DNA of 59,205 nt, from positions 1 to 59,205 of the IMG/VR virus record IMGVR_UViG_3300036939_000018; one strand, 5' to 3'. Below the pieces are notes generated by a model that ran no database searches, had not been told where the DNA came from, and saw only the letters and a program-made list of their open reading frames with translations. This DNA is from a virus. Lineage: Duplodnaviria; Caudoviricetes. The translations under genes were made by a program, and so were the position numbers. Shown here piece by piece: positions 39,522-49,297 of the stretch (its first letter is position 1; each line of letters opens with the position of its first letter).

Positions 39522-40919
39522 ATGACCGCAACCAACACCGACGCTCTCATTGCTCGCCTAGAAGCTGAAAATGAAGCCTTGAGATTGGATGGTATCCTCA
39601 AGAACCTTGCCAGCAAGATAGGGGTAATAGGAGCTGATCCACGAACCGCCGCCACATTTGGCACAACAGAAACTCCTACTCTACAAGAAATTGATGAGTG
39701 GTTCGAGTCAGACAAATTCTTTGCCAAACTTATAGAAGACTTGCCCCGATTAGAATCCAAGAAGTGGGCCATTATCAGCGTTACTCACGATCGTGATACT
39801 GGAGACATGACTCAAGCCTTACAAAAACTTATAGACAGTACTGCTCCTATTTTTACTACTGCTCGCATCACAGCCAGAAAATATGGTGGATCTGCAATAG
39901 TTCTAGCAGCAAACGACGGCGTCGAAGATACAACTCAACCTATAAGAAAAGAGACACTCAAGAGTATTCGGTTAGTAGGAGTGCGTGAAGCTGGTATAAG
40001 CCAACAGATTATGGCTAGAGAGTGGGGAACAGATCCCATGAGCGAATATTATAATCAGCCAACACTCTATCAGTTCTCAGATCCAGGTATGACATTAGTA
40101 CATCCCGATCGCCTTCTATTGTTTAAGAGTGTCGATGTGGGCGATCGCAGAAGCAGGGAAGCTTATAACGGTTTCTCTGTGCCACTGCTTAAGCGCTGTA
40201 AGAACGAGTTGGTAAACTATAGAGGAGCACTTGATACTATAGCCACAGCACTGCTCAGCTTCAATAGATTAGTGGTTAAGCTCAAGAACTTAGTCGCTTT
40301 ACTGGATGCCAAGAAGCAAAAAGAGATAGAAGCACGTCTACAACTTTACCAATACACTGCTGGTGTAATGAGCGCTTATGTAGGCGATCCTGAAGATGTG
40401 ATTGAGTATCTTAACAGAAGCTTTGTCGGAGTCAACGAGATGTTGCAATGGATGAAGCTTGACCTAGGAGCCTGTGCTGATGAACCTCACACCACATTTT
40501 TCAACGAGTCACCTTCTGGCAATACTTCTGGTACTGATCAAAAAAACAACCTTAATAATATTGTTGCAACAAGTCAAGAATTACATATTAGAACGCCTCT
40601 AGAGAAGCTTATAGATTTGTGGTGCCACTGTAAGGAGTCACCAACAAAGGGTATTCCGCCAAAATCTTATGAGCTGACATTCCCAGTGGTCTATGAACTT
40701 AACGAGACAGAACGTGCAGCGTTGAAGAAGACTGAGGCAGAGACTTATGCCCTACTTCTCAAAGGCAATGGACAAGAGGGAGTGGTCAATCCTATAGAGG
40801 TTGCAGAAGCTATCTCTAGGGATGTTCCCCTTGCATCAACAATTGACCTAGAAGCGCGTCTGAGGGCTAAAGCAGAGTTTGAGCAAGAAGGAATGGTATT
40901 GAGTCAAGAATCGCCTTAA
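39522..40919 (+). CDS. Portal protein (DUF1073-like)
   Basis: ARKYGGS, DPMSEYYNQP..Y, VHPDRL, P.T.FFNESPSG and SQE..IR motifs. Confidence 0.85.
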   Translation: MTATNTDALIARLEAENEALRLDGILKNLASKIGVIGADPRTAATFGTTETPTLQEIDEWFESDKFFAKLIEDLPRLESKKWAIISVTHDRDTGDMTQALQKLIDSTAPIFTTARITARKYGGSAIVLAANDGVEDTTQPIRKETLKSIRLVGVREAGISQQIMAREWGTDPMSEYYNQPTLYQFSDPGMTLVHPDRLLLFKSVDVGDRRSREAYNGFSVPLLKRCKNELVNYRGALDTIATALLSFNRLVVKLKNLVALLDAKKQKEIEARLQLYQYTAGVMSAYVGDPEDVIEYLNRSFVGVNEMLQWMKLDLGACADEPHTTFFNESPSGNTSGTDQKNNLNNIVATSQELHIRTPLEKLIDLWCHCKESPTKGIPPKSYELTFPVVYELNETERAALKKTEAETYALLLKGNGQEGVVNPIEVAEAISRDVPLASTIDLEARLRAKAEFEQEGMVLSQESP

Positions 40920-41539
40920 AAATCAAAAGCAATATCTTCTTTCTCTTCAATCGTCACATTGACAGAACCGCTCGCACTGCGGATGACTCCATCTTTCTTT
41001 ACCTGAACTTGTCCTACTCGATCTCGATTGTTATCCGCAAAAGTAAAACGTATCTCATACTTGTTTGGGATTTTTCTACCGTCTCCTGGTGTTCTAAATT
41101 GTTTCTTGCATTTTCTATTACCACACAACCACTTCAGCTCGTCTTCTGTGTTGCCAATTTGTCTAGCTTTATAAACCTTGCAGTGAGGGCATTTGGGTCT
41201 ATAAGCTTTGTAATATTCTTTCTTATACTTGCGTTGCAGGCGTAATCGTTGGGACTTTGTGCTGCCCAGCTTATCTTCTATTCGAGTTAGCTGCATTGTC
41301 ACATGGTTAGAAGTTTTAATGCCAAGCTCAGCTAGGATAACACTTGTTTCTTGTGGCTCTATACCGACGCCATAGTAACGAGCGAATATTTCCACCTGTT
41401 GGGGGCTTCCTTCGTTCTGGAGACGTTCCAGGGTTATATCTGGATACAGTTTATCCCTGTATTGTTTTCTAAATGGGAGGGGGACACCAGAGCGCAAAGG
41501 GTCAAGCACGGCAACAAGTCTTGTAACAGTATGACCCAT
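40916..41539 (-). CDS. Zn-ribbon protein, possible regulator
   Basis: CPHC...W.C...C.K.F motif; basic. Confidence 0.6.
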   Translation of the reverse strand: MGHTVTRLVAVLDPLRSGVPLPFRKQYRDKLYPDITLERLQNEGSPQQVEIFARYYGVGIEPQETSVILAELGIKTSNHVTMQLTRIEDKLGSTKSQRLRLQRKYKKEYYKAYRPKCPHCKVYKARQIGNTEDELKWLCGNRKCKKQFRTPGDGRKIPNKYEIRFTFADNNRDRVGQVQVKKDGVIRSASGSVNVTIEEKEDIAFDF

Positions 41540-41548
41540 TATGACATA

Positions 41549-41664
41549 GCGTTAGACTAGTGGTCTGAATTTGAGTATAGAGGAGAGTTCAATGCAAGCT
41601 GTAATGCTTATGGGGTATGGGATTGAGGTTGATTGTTGTGTAAAGGGTGTTGAGGGAGATCCTC
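41549..41664 (-). repeat. Dispersed element copy 15 (short class)
   Basis: Core 41549-41595; GATCCTC ends 41664. Confidence 0.88.
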
Positions 41665-42075
41665 TGTCAAAATGGGTGAGTGGTCAGGCATTTTGCTATA
41701 ATTAGGGCAGAACATATATTGTGATTAGCCCTGCTCGTGACAGGTCTTAAGCGCCTCTCTAAAAAGGGAGGTTGTTTTTTATGACACAGATAAAGTTGAA
41801 AACGAATTAGAAGGTCGTAGAATTTTGGTAGTTGCAGGGCTGTTATCTTTCATTGTTTGAACCTCTCTCCACCAACTCAATACCCATAGTGGCTAAAGGG
41901 TCTAGGCTTTTTTAGCCTGTTTTCCCGCCAACTACTTTGTCAAGTAAATCCCTCAAGCTTGAGCGAGGTACGCCGCAAAAACGTGCTAATGCAGAGATGC
42001 TCATTCCCGCATTTACCGTCTTTTGTACTTACAAAAGCAAAAACCGTCTTGCTCGTTTACTGCTACAATGTTGCT

Positions 42076-42195
42076 AGTCATAACGACGTTTCCTTGTGTG
42101 TTGTTGTGGCGCACTGCCTGATAAGAAGCGACTGCAATCGCTTTGGCAGTGTTACTATTATATCATGAAAGCCACTCGAAAAGGTGGCTTTTGTG
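42076..42195 (+). ncRNA. Candidate structured small RNA
   Basis: Extended -10 TGCTACAAT at 42061; hairpins 42077-42110 (G-U pairs) and 42112-42151; terminator 42168-42192. Confidence 0.4.
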
Positions 42196-42215
42196 CTTTA
42201 TATGTGTAATCCAAT

Positions 42216-42398
42216 ATGACACAAACTAACACTGATTCAGAACCATTCCGCAAACAGGGAAAGATTCTAGACTCATCCGAACTCAATCTAATAGCGGATA
42301 CCAGTAGCGAAGCTGTGGAAAGTGCGATCGCCTCATTGCGACGTTCTAGTATGGTGAAGACTGCCGACTTGATAGAGGCAAAGTCTGCTAATGGCTGA
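42216..42398 (+). CDS. Small head-associated hypothetical protein
   Basis: Overlaps the start of the head morphogenesis gene. Confidence 0.55.
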   Translation: MTQTNTDSEPFRKQGKILDSSELNLIADTSSEAVESAIASLRRSSMVKTADLIEAKSANG

Positions 42399-43065
42399 GT
42401 ATTCTTACGACTCTCGTTCTAATCGTTATCGGAACCTACAAACGGGGCGTTATATCCCGAAGACTCAAGTAGACGCTCTTATAAGAAAACGCATAGCTCA
42501 GATTGAATCTGACCTTCAGACTGTTGGCAACCTATTAGAGTCCGACCGTATAAGTCTTGAGACGTGGCAACGCACCACAGCTTATACTATCCGGGAACTT
42601 CACCTTCAGTCTTATCTACTGGCGCGTGGTGGCAAAGCTCAAATGACACCGGAAGATTATCTGGTGGTTGCTCGCGAGCTTAAGAAACAATATGGTTACC
42701 TAAGGGTCTTTGCTGAAGACATCAACAGAGGGTACAGTATCGACTCCAAGGGGCGTGAAGTACCAATGACAGTGGGACGGTTTCATGCAAGACTCAAACT
42801 TTACGCCAAGAGCGGTAGAGCAGCAGCAATACTGGCTGAGCAACAAATACACAAGACTCGTGGTAGTGTGGCCATGAGTCGCCACCTAGGGGCGACTGAT
42901 AAGCATTGTGCCTCATGTTTGCGTTATGCTTCTGCGGGAGTTCAGCCTGTGGGTTTGTTGCCTATGCCTTGCCAACAATGTGAATGTGGTAACAATTGTT
43001 TGTGTAGTGTTCAGTGGTATGGCGTTGATGATTTGCAACGTTTGACATTGCAAACTGGCACATAG
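42391..43065 (+). CDS. Head morphogenesis/minor capsid protein (SPP1 gp7/Mu F-like)
   Basis: RYRN..TGRYI N-terminus; HC..C and CECG.NCLC C-terminus. Confidence 0.75.
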   Translation: MAEYSYDSRSNRYRNLQTGRYIPKTQVDALIRKRIAQIESDLQTVGNLLESDRISLETWQRTTAYTIRELHLQSYLLARGGKAQMTPEDYLVVARELKKQYGYLRVFAEDINRGYSIDSKGREVPMTVGRFHARLKLYAKSGRAAAILAEQQIHKTRGSVAMSRHLGATDKHCASCLRYASAGVQPVGLLPMPCQQCECGNNCLCSVQWYGVDDLQRLTLQTGT

Positions 43066-43082
43066 TAGCTCTGTTGATAGCG

Positions 43083-43198
43083 GCGTCAAAGCACGGGTGT
43101 GTTTGTAGAGTACAGAGTAGTTTTAACGCCTGCTGTAATGCTTATCTGGTAAGGCTTTGAGGCAAGTTTATCATTAGATGTTCAAAGCCCCGATCCTT
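43083..43198 (-). repeat. Dispersed element copy 16 (short class)
   Basis: Core 43083-43129; GATCCTT ends 43198. Confidence 0.88.
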
Positions 43199-43315
43199 TG
43201 CTCGAAAGCAAAAGCTTATGGTATGTGACAGTTGTTGATTGACGTTTTAATAACAGTTGAGCAACAATAGAGAAAAGCGAGCGAAAGGAGACGGGGCTTT
43301 AGCCCCCTGAATATT

Positions 43316-43771
43316 ATGAACTTTGATAAAGCTGTAGAAGCCTTCAAGAATAACCCATCTGCTGAAAATGCGTGGGAGCTGCAAAAAGCAATGGTGGTAT
43401 ACTCAGCAGAATTCAGCGAACCCATAAAAGATAAGAAGGTTGTTAAAACTCGCAAAGTAACCAAAACAGCAAAAACAGCAGGTCTTAAGACTCGCAAAGG
43501 CGGCAAGTGGGATAAACTTTTTAAAGAAGTGCAAGAATTGTTTGCCGCCTTTGATTGGTCATTGATTCTTTATAAGTCTAATGAAAACATTGAAGCTTGG
43601 AAAGTTTTAACCAAAGATGGAAATCAAGCCATACTTTACCTTAGTTCAGATGGTTTTAGTATGGGAGGAAAGAAAGCAGGCGATGTTCTAACAGGAGAGT
43701 TTGAGGGGTACGACGACATGGATCGTTTCAATGACTTCCTAGTGTCAAACGATATAGAAATAGACGAATAA
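43316..43771 (+). CDS. Hypothetical early protein
   Basis: Operator at 43239-43254, AAGCGAG leader and downstream terminator. Confidence 0.7.
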   Translation: MNFDKAVEAFKNNPSAENAWELQKAMVVYSAEFSEPIKDKKVVKTRKVTKTAKTAGLKTRKGGKWDKLFKEVQELFAAFDWSLILYKSNENIEAWKVLTKDGNQAILYLSSDGFSMGGKKAGDVLTGEFEGYDDMDRFNDFLVSNDIEIDE

Positions 43772-43783
43772 CAAGTTGCAAAC

Positions 43784-43817
43784 AAAAAGCCCCGCTAATA
43801 TATTAGCGGGGCTTTTT
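43784..43817. terminator. Bidirectional intrinsic terminator
   Basis: AAAAAGCCCCGCTAATA/TATTAGCGGGGCTTTTT perfect inverted repeat between convergent genes. Confidence 0.8.
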
Positions 43818-43843
43818 CATAGTCGCAAGTTACTAAGGAAATA

Positions 43844-44110
43844 TTAGGCAAGTGATTCGACTTCTATCTTATCAAATTCTACTGATCCTGCATCAGCTAT
43901 TCTCCACTTATATTGTGGATATGAACTACTTTTGCGGCTTTCGCTTGATACCATTTGTACATTGTAGAATCCGGGCTTAACGTCAATCTGGTCTTTTGGC
44001 TTGCCTTGTTCTATCCCGTACTGTTGAACTGTGCCATTAAGCGCTGTCATGATAAGCATCCCAGTAAACGGGTCATCGTCACTTTTTAGAATGCCAGTAA
44101 GCTTAGCCAT
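43844..44110 (-). CDS. Hypothetical protein (paralog of 44110-44544)
   Basis: Shares the PFTG..., G.PK..I...PG.Y.V pattern. Confidence 0.65.
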   Translation of the reverse strand: MAKLTGILKSDDDPFTGMLIMTALNGTVQQYGIEQGKPKDQIDVKPGFYNVQMVSSESRKSSSYPQYKWRIADAGSVEFDKIEVESLA

Positions 44111-44544
44111 TATTCTGATCCTTTGCGCTTCACTGAAACGTTACCGGGTGCGACTTCTTGCTCGGTAGCAGGGGGCTGGCTTGCAACTGTAGGATCGCTT
44201 GATGGGGTTGTAGCTTCATTAGCGGGAACCGTCTCTTTTGGTGCAGGCACTTGTGTTTCCACTGCTTTCTGGTCTACTGGTTCGCCTTTAAGGCTGCTTA
44301 GGATGTCTTTCAGTTCAACTTCAGGTTGATCGGGCACGATCGCAACATCAAATTGTGGCTCTTTGCCTGACTCAATCCACTCTACGCTGTAGCGTCCAGG
44401 GGGCAGTTCAATAGGTTCAACTTTTGGAGAACCTTCTTCTACTTCGATGACAGAACGCTCTCCGCCACTATTTACATAACAAAAATATCCCGTGAAGGGT
44501 TTACCCTCTTGGGGGCTAAAAGGTCTTGTTGTAACAATAGCCAT
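44110..44544 (-). CDS. Hypothetical protein
   Basis: Beta-rich N-terminal domain plus Pro/Ala/Thr-rich tail. Confidence 0.65.
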   Translation of the reverse strand: MAIVTTRPFSPQEGKPFTGYFCYVNSGGERSVIEVEEGSPKVEPIELPPGRYSVEWIESGKEPQFDVAIVPDQPEVELKDILSSLKGEPVDQKAVETQVPAPKETVPANEATTPSSDPTVASQPPATEQEVAPGNVSVKRKGSE

Positions 44545-44629
44545 TTTTCTGTATTCCTAAACAATTGTGGAAAATGTTATTTTACTTCCTATTAGGTTAG
44601 ATGCGATAGTGCCACCGGATAGATAAGCA

Positions 44630-44745
44630 GAGGATCAGGGTTGTGAACATACTAAGGACAAACACATTCAAAGCCTTGCTGGATAAGCGTTTTGTGCGGC
44701 GTTAGACCTTCTTTATACACAAGAAACAACTGGACTGTCTAACGC
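44630..44745 (+). repeat. Dispersed element copy 17 (short class)
   Basis: GAGGATC 44630; core 44699-44745. Confidence 0.9.
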
Positions 44746-44762
44746 TGTTTTTCGGACGCTCC

Positions 44763-44791
44763 TTGACGTGTTATAAAAGTGTCAGTATATT
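44763..44791 (+). promoter_or_regulatory. Early promoter with embedded operator
   Basis: TTGACG-N17-TATATT. Confidence 0.75.
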
Positions 44792-44817
44792 GGTAGCTGT
44801 ACTGAGTAAATTTAAAC

Positions 44818-44940
44818 ATGAGAACAGTTGTTGCAACATTGTTAATCATTGGGTTAGTAATTCCGGCTTTTGCGGCAGAGTCTCCTAATCCGGGATGTGG
44901 TCGTAGAGATGGGGCATCGGATTGTCCAGCGCCTAAATAG
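44818..44940 (+). CDS. 40-aa secreted peptide, PatX-like (signal peptide plus PGCGRR)
   Basis: MRTVVATLLIIGLVIPAFAAESPNPGCGRRDGASDCPAPK; TTGACG-N17-TATATT promoter at 44763; terminator at the stop. Confidence 0.65.
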   Translation: MRTVVATLLIIGLVIPAFAAESPNPGCGRRDGASDCPAPK

Positions 44941-44964
44941 GCGGCTTTACTATTCGCTAAAAGA

Positions 44965-47766
44965 TTAAGCTACTGTTATCAAACCTGTCGGCTCTAACAT
45001 CTCAGGTACCCATAACACAGCACTTATAGAGATAGTACCATCGGGTTGCGGATCGATTGTACTGATCCGATAGGTGCGCTTCTGAGAAGCTTGCTTCGTA
45101 ATTACTATATAATCCCCTGTTCGGTTTTCACCAGGGCCTTGCAGAGGGCCAGGGAGTCCATATACTCTTAAAAACACTTGGTCACCCGAAAGATAAGCAT
45201 TTACAGGCACGTTAAGTTGCATCCCCCCGTCACCTAGTCTAAAAATACTCGCCTCATAGCCCAACAAATACTCAACGCCTATTTTTACAGGTGCAGAGAG
45301 CAAAATGTCACAAACAACCCCCCCGTTATAAGTTTCTGTAAGTGTAGTAACGCTTTGAACAAAACCACTACAATCTTTTTCAAATTCTGTGAGTAAATGT
45401 TGAACAATAATCAAGTCTCCAGGCTGTAAATATGCCCCCTGTAACCCCGTCTTAAAGGTTATTGCTCTATCTTGTAGCAAGCGAGTCTTGAGGTAGACTT
45501 GTCCTACCTTTTCAGCTTGGTAGAAATTGGTCACGGAGTCGAGATTAAGACTTTCTTCTACCACTGGCACTTCACCGTTATAGGCCGCCATAGTTTGAAT
45601 AGTTAGAGTGGCGGTGTTAAAATTTGCATCACTACCATCTTTATAAGAAACAATCAGTGTGTTCAGGTCTTGAGATTCCCCAAATTCTTCTGAGAAAGAA
45701 CCCTCTATTATATTGCTCGCATTGAATAAGCCACGCTTAGGCTGGTCGGGTCTTTCGGGTATTAGTGCAAAGCGTCCACCAATACGACTAGGAAAAAGAA
45801 GAGAACCTAAGCTTTCTCTTGTAGCCCACTGTGACCAAGCAACGGGTTCAGTTATCTGTCCGTCCCAAAAGAATTGGCGACCAATGCAATAAATTTTAGA
45901 CTCCATGATGCTGTTGTAATCTACAAAGAAGTCAGCATCTATGAAATTGCCTAGACCACCATCAAAACTTGTGAGTGTGTCTACGTATATGTCAGGAAAA
46001 TAATTAGAGCAGCCATAATGATAAATTAAGAACCGATCACCTGGCTCCCAATTGCAAGACTGGGCGGTAACTATGTGAGCAGGGTTAACTCCTGTATAAC
46101 CAGTGATAGTAGACTCTGTTCGTTTGTCTAAGTTTCGCAAAATAAACCCAACCTGAAGACAATTGGGTAGAGGGATAATAGCACTAATATATCCTGCATT
46201 ATCAAACATTATGTTGTCTTGAGAGCCTGGTGCTGCAATGTAGGAACCCCCTATTACTTTCATGTTAGAACGTGCTTGACGCACCAGCATTTTCATATTG
46301 GGAGTCCCCTGTAACTGAGCGGAAGCTGTTGCTATAAGTCCTACCATTGGCATATTGGGATAACCTACAACAGACAACTGACCGATAGCACTCGGATATA
46401 CTATCTCGTTGACGCTGGTGATCTGACAGGGAGCACCTCCTTGCGCAGCCCATTGAGTGCGTTCTTTGTAGTCATTATTTGCTCTAACATTTTCAGTAAT
46501 GCCCCCCTCCATTGAGAGTACCCAGCCTGTCCCAACTGGATAAGAACGGATAACTCCGTCATCCCTCAATGCATAACTTAAATCATTGGTGGGTTGTTCT
46601 TCTTGTGTTATGGTGCGTAGTTCTAGTTTGTATTTTCCGAGGGGTAAGTTTGCTATTGAAAAAGTACGGCGTAAGTTAGTACGAGTTTTTGATTTAATGT
46701 GAATGCGAGCAAGCTTAATAGGGACTCCGCTTGGAAGCTGCGTGAGATAAATATCCCACACGTTAGCTAGATCGACAGTTTCAATATTTTTGTCTTCGTC
46801 TTGTTTGCTTGCCCAGTACTGGGCATTTAGATTAACTTGAATCTCGTTAATACGTTTTGTAGTAGTGTATTTTACATCCCATACAGCATAAATGGGTAGG
46901 TTGTCAACCTGGTTAATAACTTTATCTGCAACTACTGAAGTACTGGTTTTGGCAACAACCCGAAAACTTACCCCATTATGCCGATACTGGTCAGCAGGGC
47001 TGAACGCAGGGACATCCTCTTCTTTCAAGACAATGGTGCTGCTGTTTGCATTGGCTTCAATTGTTACGCGGCTGTCTAGACCCATCTGATTCTGAGCACC
47101 AGGACTAATAGCTTGTGAGTAGTAGGGGAATTCTGGAAATGAGCCTTGATTAGGTGTGCCAAGAGAAGTTTTCGTGACAATATCCGCTACAAAAAAGTTA
47201 TCACGTGGTTGATCATTAATGGTTATTTTGTTCTCGTCAATTGCGCCTATCTTCCCATAGCCCAAAACTGATAACTGATAAAGCTTCTGGTTGCCCATGC
47301 GGGTTTCTACACGACTGTTAACAACAAACCCCGCAGTAAGAACGCCGCCTGTGGGATTCAAGTCTCTATTTCCATATAAGAGAGGGATAGGCCCACCAAT
47401 GCTTGGTAGAGAAGCGACACTATCAAAGCCATAAGCTTGAGCAGGTGTTTTCTCTTCCTCTTCTTTCTTGCCCTTAGAGCCAAACAACCGGAACCCGATC
47501 GCCGCACCCATAAGTGCCCCCACAATCCCGCCGACGCCCAACAATGGCGCAGCAAAGAACCCAATAGCAGCAAACGCAAGTATTGCTAGTACCTTGCCAT
47601 TCTGAACGTCGTAAAATACTGCATTTGGATCATTTGCTAGTTTGTTTAAAGTACGTTGCCTTAAGTCATGATGAAATATTGCAAGCTCTTGTAAATCTTC
47701 AGGCGTTAACTTGACGTTGTGACGCTCCTGGAGATAAGCGAGAAAATCGTAGTCTTGGGGAAGCAT
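44965..47766 (-). CDS. Tail tip/host-specificity protein (lambda gpJ-like)
   Basis: IPLLYG, LGYGKIGAID, LFNASNIIEGSF and LQPGDLI motifs. Confidence 0.85.
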   Translation of the reverse strand: MLPQDYDFLAYLQERHNVKLTPEDLQELAIFHHDLRQRTLNKLANDPNAVFYDVQNGKVLAILAFAAIGFFAAPLLGVGGIVGALMGAAIGFRLFGSKGKKEEEEKTPAQAYGFDSVASLPSIGGPIPLLYGNRDLNPTGGVLTAGFVVNSRVETRMGNQKLYQLSVLGYGKIGAIDENKITINDQPRDNFFVADIVTKTSLGTPNQGSFPEFPYYSQAISPGAQNQMGLDSRVTIEANANSSTIVLKEEDVPAFSPADQYRHNGVSFRVVAKTSTSVVADKVINQVDNLPIYAVWDVKYTTTKRINEIQVNLNAQYWASKQDEDKNIETVDLANVWDIYLTQLPSGVPIKLARIHIKSKTRTNLRRTFSIANLPLGKYKLELRTITQEEQPTNDLSYALRDDGVIRSYPVGTGWVLSMEGGITENVRANNDYKERTQWAAQGGAPCQITSVNEIVYPSAIGQLSVVGYPNMPMVGLIATASAQLQGTPNMKMLVRQARSNMKVIGGSYIAAPGSQDNIMFDNAGYISAIIPLPNCLQVGFILRNLDKRTESTITGYTGVNPAHIVTAQSCNWEPGDRFLIYHYGCSNYFPDIYVDTLTSFDGGLGNFIDADFFVDYNSIMESKIYCIGRQFFWDGQITEPVAWSQWATRESLGSLLFPSRIGGRFALIPERPDQPKRGLFNASNIIEGSFSEEFGESQDLNTLIVSYKDGSDANFNTATLTIQTMAAYNGEVPVVEESLNLDSVTNFYQAEKVGQVYLKTRLLQDRAITFKTGLQGAYLQPGDLIIVQHLLTEFEKDCSGFVQSVTTLTETYNGGVVCDILLSAPVKIGVEYLLGYEASIFRLGDGGMQLNVPVNAYLSGDQVFLRVYGLPGPLQGPGENRTGDYIVITKQASQKRTYRISTIDPQPDGTISISAVLWVPEMLEPTGLITVA

Positions 47767-47830
47767 AAGGTAGAGGGTGAGATGATCTACTATGCTATCG
47801 TTTACGTCACTTCCGGCGCGTTAGGTAGCA

Positions 47831-47956
47831 GAGGATCGAAGCTTCGATCCTTTTGAGGACAAAGTAGCTGAAAGCCATACACATCAAAACTTTGAGGCTT
47901 TATATTATGGCGTTAGACCCGTCTCTATACTCATAATCACACCTGTTTGTTAACGC
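47831..47956 (+). repeat. Dispersed element copy 18 (long class)
   Basis: GAGGATC 47831; core 47910-47956. Confidence 0.9.
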
Positions 47957-48177
47957 TGCTTGTCTGGGTTATATGTCCTGTTATAACAATACTAAAAAAT
48001 ATATATCCTTGTTTTCTTTGCTAAGGCATATTGTCTACTTAGTGGCACAATATGAAACATTCTTTAACATTTTATGAATCGCTAAAAGCCTTACTCCACA
48101 AGGCTTCTAGAAATAGAGCGATATCGTCTACCCAACTCGACGATATTTAAGAAAATAAAGCCATAGTCGATTAACAA

Positions 48178-48303
48178 AAGGATCAACCCCAATATCCTTT
48201 AGATGTCCTGAGCTGTCAAACCCTTACGGCATAATGCGTTCAGCCCTCGATAACGGGCGTTAAACTCTCCTCTATACTCATACACAACAGGGGGTTCTAA
48301 CGC
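48178..48303 (+). repeat. Dispersed element copy 19 (long class)
   Basis: AAGGATC 48178; core 48257-48303. Confidence 0.9.
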
Positions 48304-48329
48304 CGTTATCCTGTGCTTGTCCGAAAGTA

Positions 48330-48358
48330 TTGACGTGTTATAAAAACGTCAATAGAAT
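48330..48358 (+). promoter_or_regulatory. Sigma70-type early promoter with embedded operator (example of a recurrent class)
   Basis: TTGACG-N17-TAGAAT with GTTATAAAAACGTCAA in the spacer, followed by the AAGCGAG leader. Confidence 0.75.
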
Positions 48359-48388
48359 GGGAAGCAAGCGAGAAATAAGGATAATGTC

Positions 48389-49297
48389 ATGGCTTCTAAT
48401 AATAACTTCAAGGCAGACTACGACTTACTGCGTGTAAAGAAGCCTGAGTATGATGTGTTGCGGATCATGCTCAAAGATGGGCAGATAGTCAGACCTGAAT
48501 CAATCGATCGTCAAGACTTGTTTGAAGGCAACGTTGAAGTTCACTGGAACGGGCGGATACAGTATGATGCCGTTGAGCTAGAAGAATTGCGAGACAGCAT
48601 TATTGCAATCGGTATTTTAGAAGACATCAGCGGGTTCTATAAGCTTGATAAAGATGGTCAGAAAGTCTTGGTTATTACAGATGGTCATCGCAGGTTGTTT
48701 GCGACTGCGTGGGCGCGTGAGTTAGGGCACCCTATAGCCAAGCTACCCGTTAAGCCTGACAAGCTAGAAAAAGGAATGGGTGAGGAGTATTACTTACTCA
48801 CTCAGTTAAAAACGAACAATGGAACTAAAGTTCCTCTCACCATGCTTGAGCAGGGCTTGGTGGTTAAGCGCTTTCTCGCTTATGGTCATGACATGGATGA
48901 GATAGTCGAGCAAACTGGAATCAAGAAACCTCACTTAGAGAATTGCTTGGCGCTCGCCAATACACCCGGTGGAATCAAGCAGCTTATCAAGGATGGCGTT
49001 ATAGCGCCAACAACAATAATTAACGCTATCAATACGGACAAGGCTGAATATCGCGACGTGTTGGATGAGGCTTTAGAGATTGCTGAGCAAGAAGCCACAC
49101 AGAACGGTAAGGACAAAGTTAAAGTCACAAGCACACACGTCAAGAAGGCCCGTGAGAAGCGACAAGCTCAAGAGATGTCTGTCGCTGAACAAGCAAAGCT
49201 TCTGGAGGATGTCAAACACATAGACTGGGAAGCCTTGCCGCCTTCAGTTCTCTTGAAGGTTAATGAGATCGTCAGGAAACATTGGGAGAAGAAATAA
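48389..49297 (+). CDS. ParB/Spo0J-like protein (ParB N-terminal domain plus HTH)
   Basis: LEELRDSI...GILE, ITDGHRR arginine patch, LTMLEQG and an HTH (EIVEQTGIKKPHLENCL). Confidence 0.85.
   Translation: MASNNNFKADYDLLRVKKPEYDVLRIMLKDGQIVRPESIDRQDLFEGNVEVHWNGRIQYDAVELEELRDSIIAIGILEDISGFYKLDKDGQKVLVITDGHRRLFATAWARELGHPIAKLPVKPDKLEKGMGEEYYLLTQLKTNNGTKVPLTMLEQGLVVKRFLAYGHDMDEIVEQTGIKKPHLENCLALANTPGGIKQLIKDGVIAPTTIINAINTDKAEYRDVLDEALEIAEQEATQNGKDKVKVTSTHVKKAREKRQAQEMSVAEQAKLLEDVKHIDWEALPPSVLLKVNEIVRKHWEKK

Noticed and set aside
39522-40919. Anti-CBASS Acb1 label often given to DUF1073 proteins
   Set aside because: Size, motifs and order relative to terminase and head genes indicate a portal; no 2H-phosphoesterase HxT motif pair is evident.
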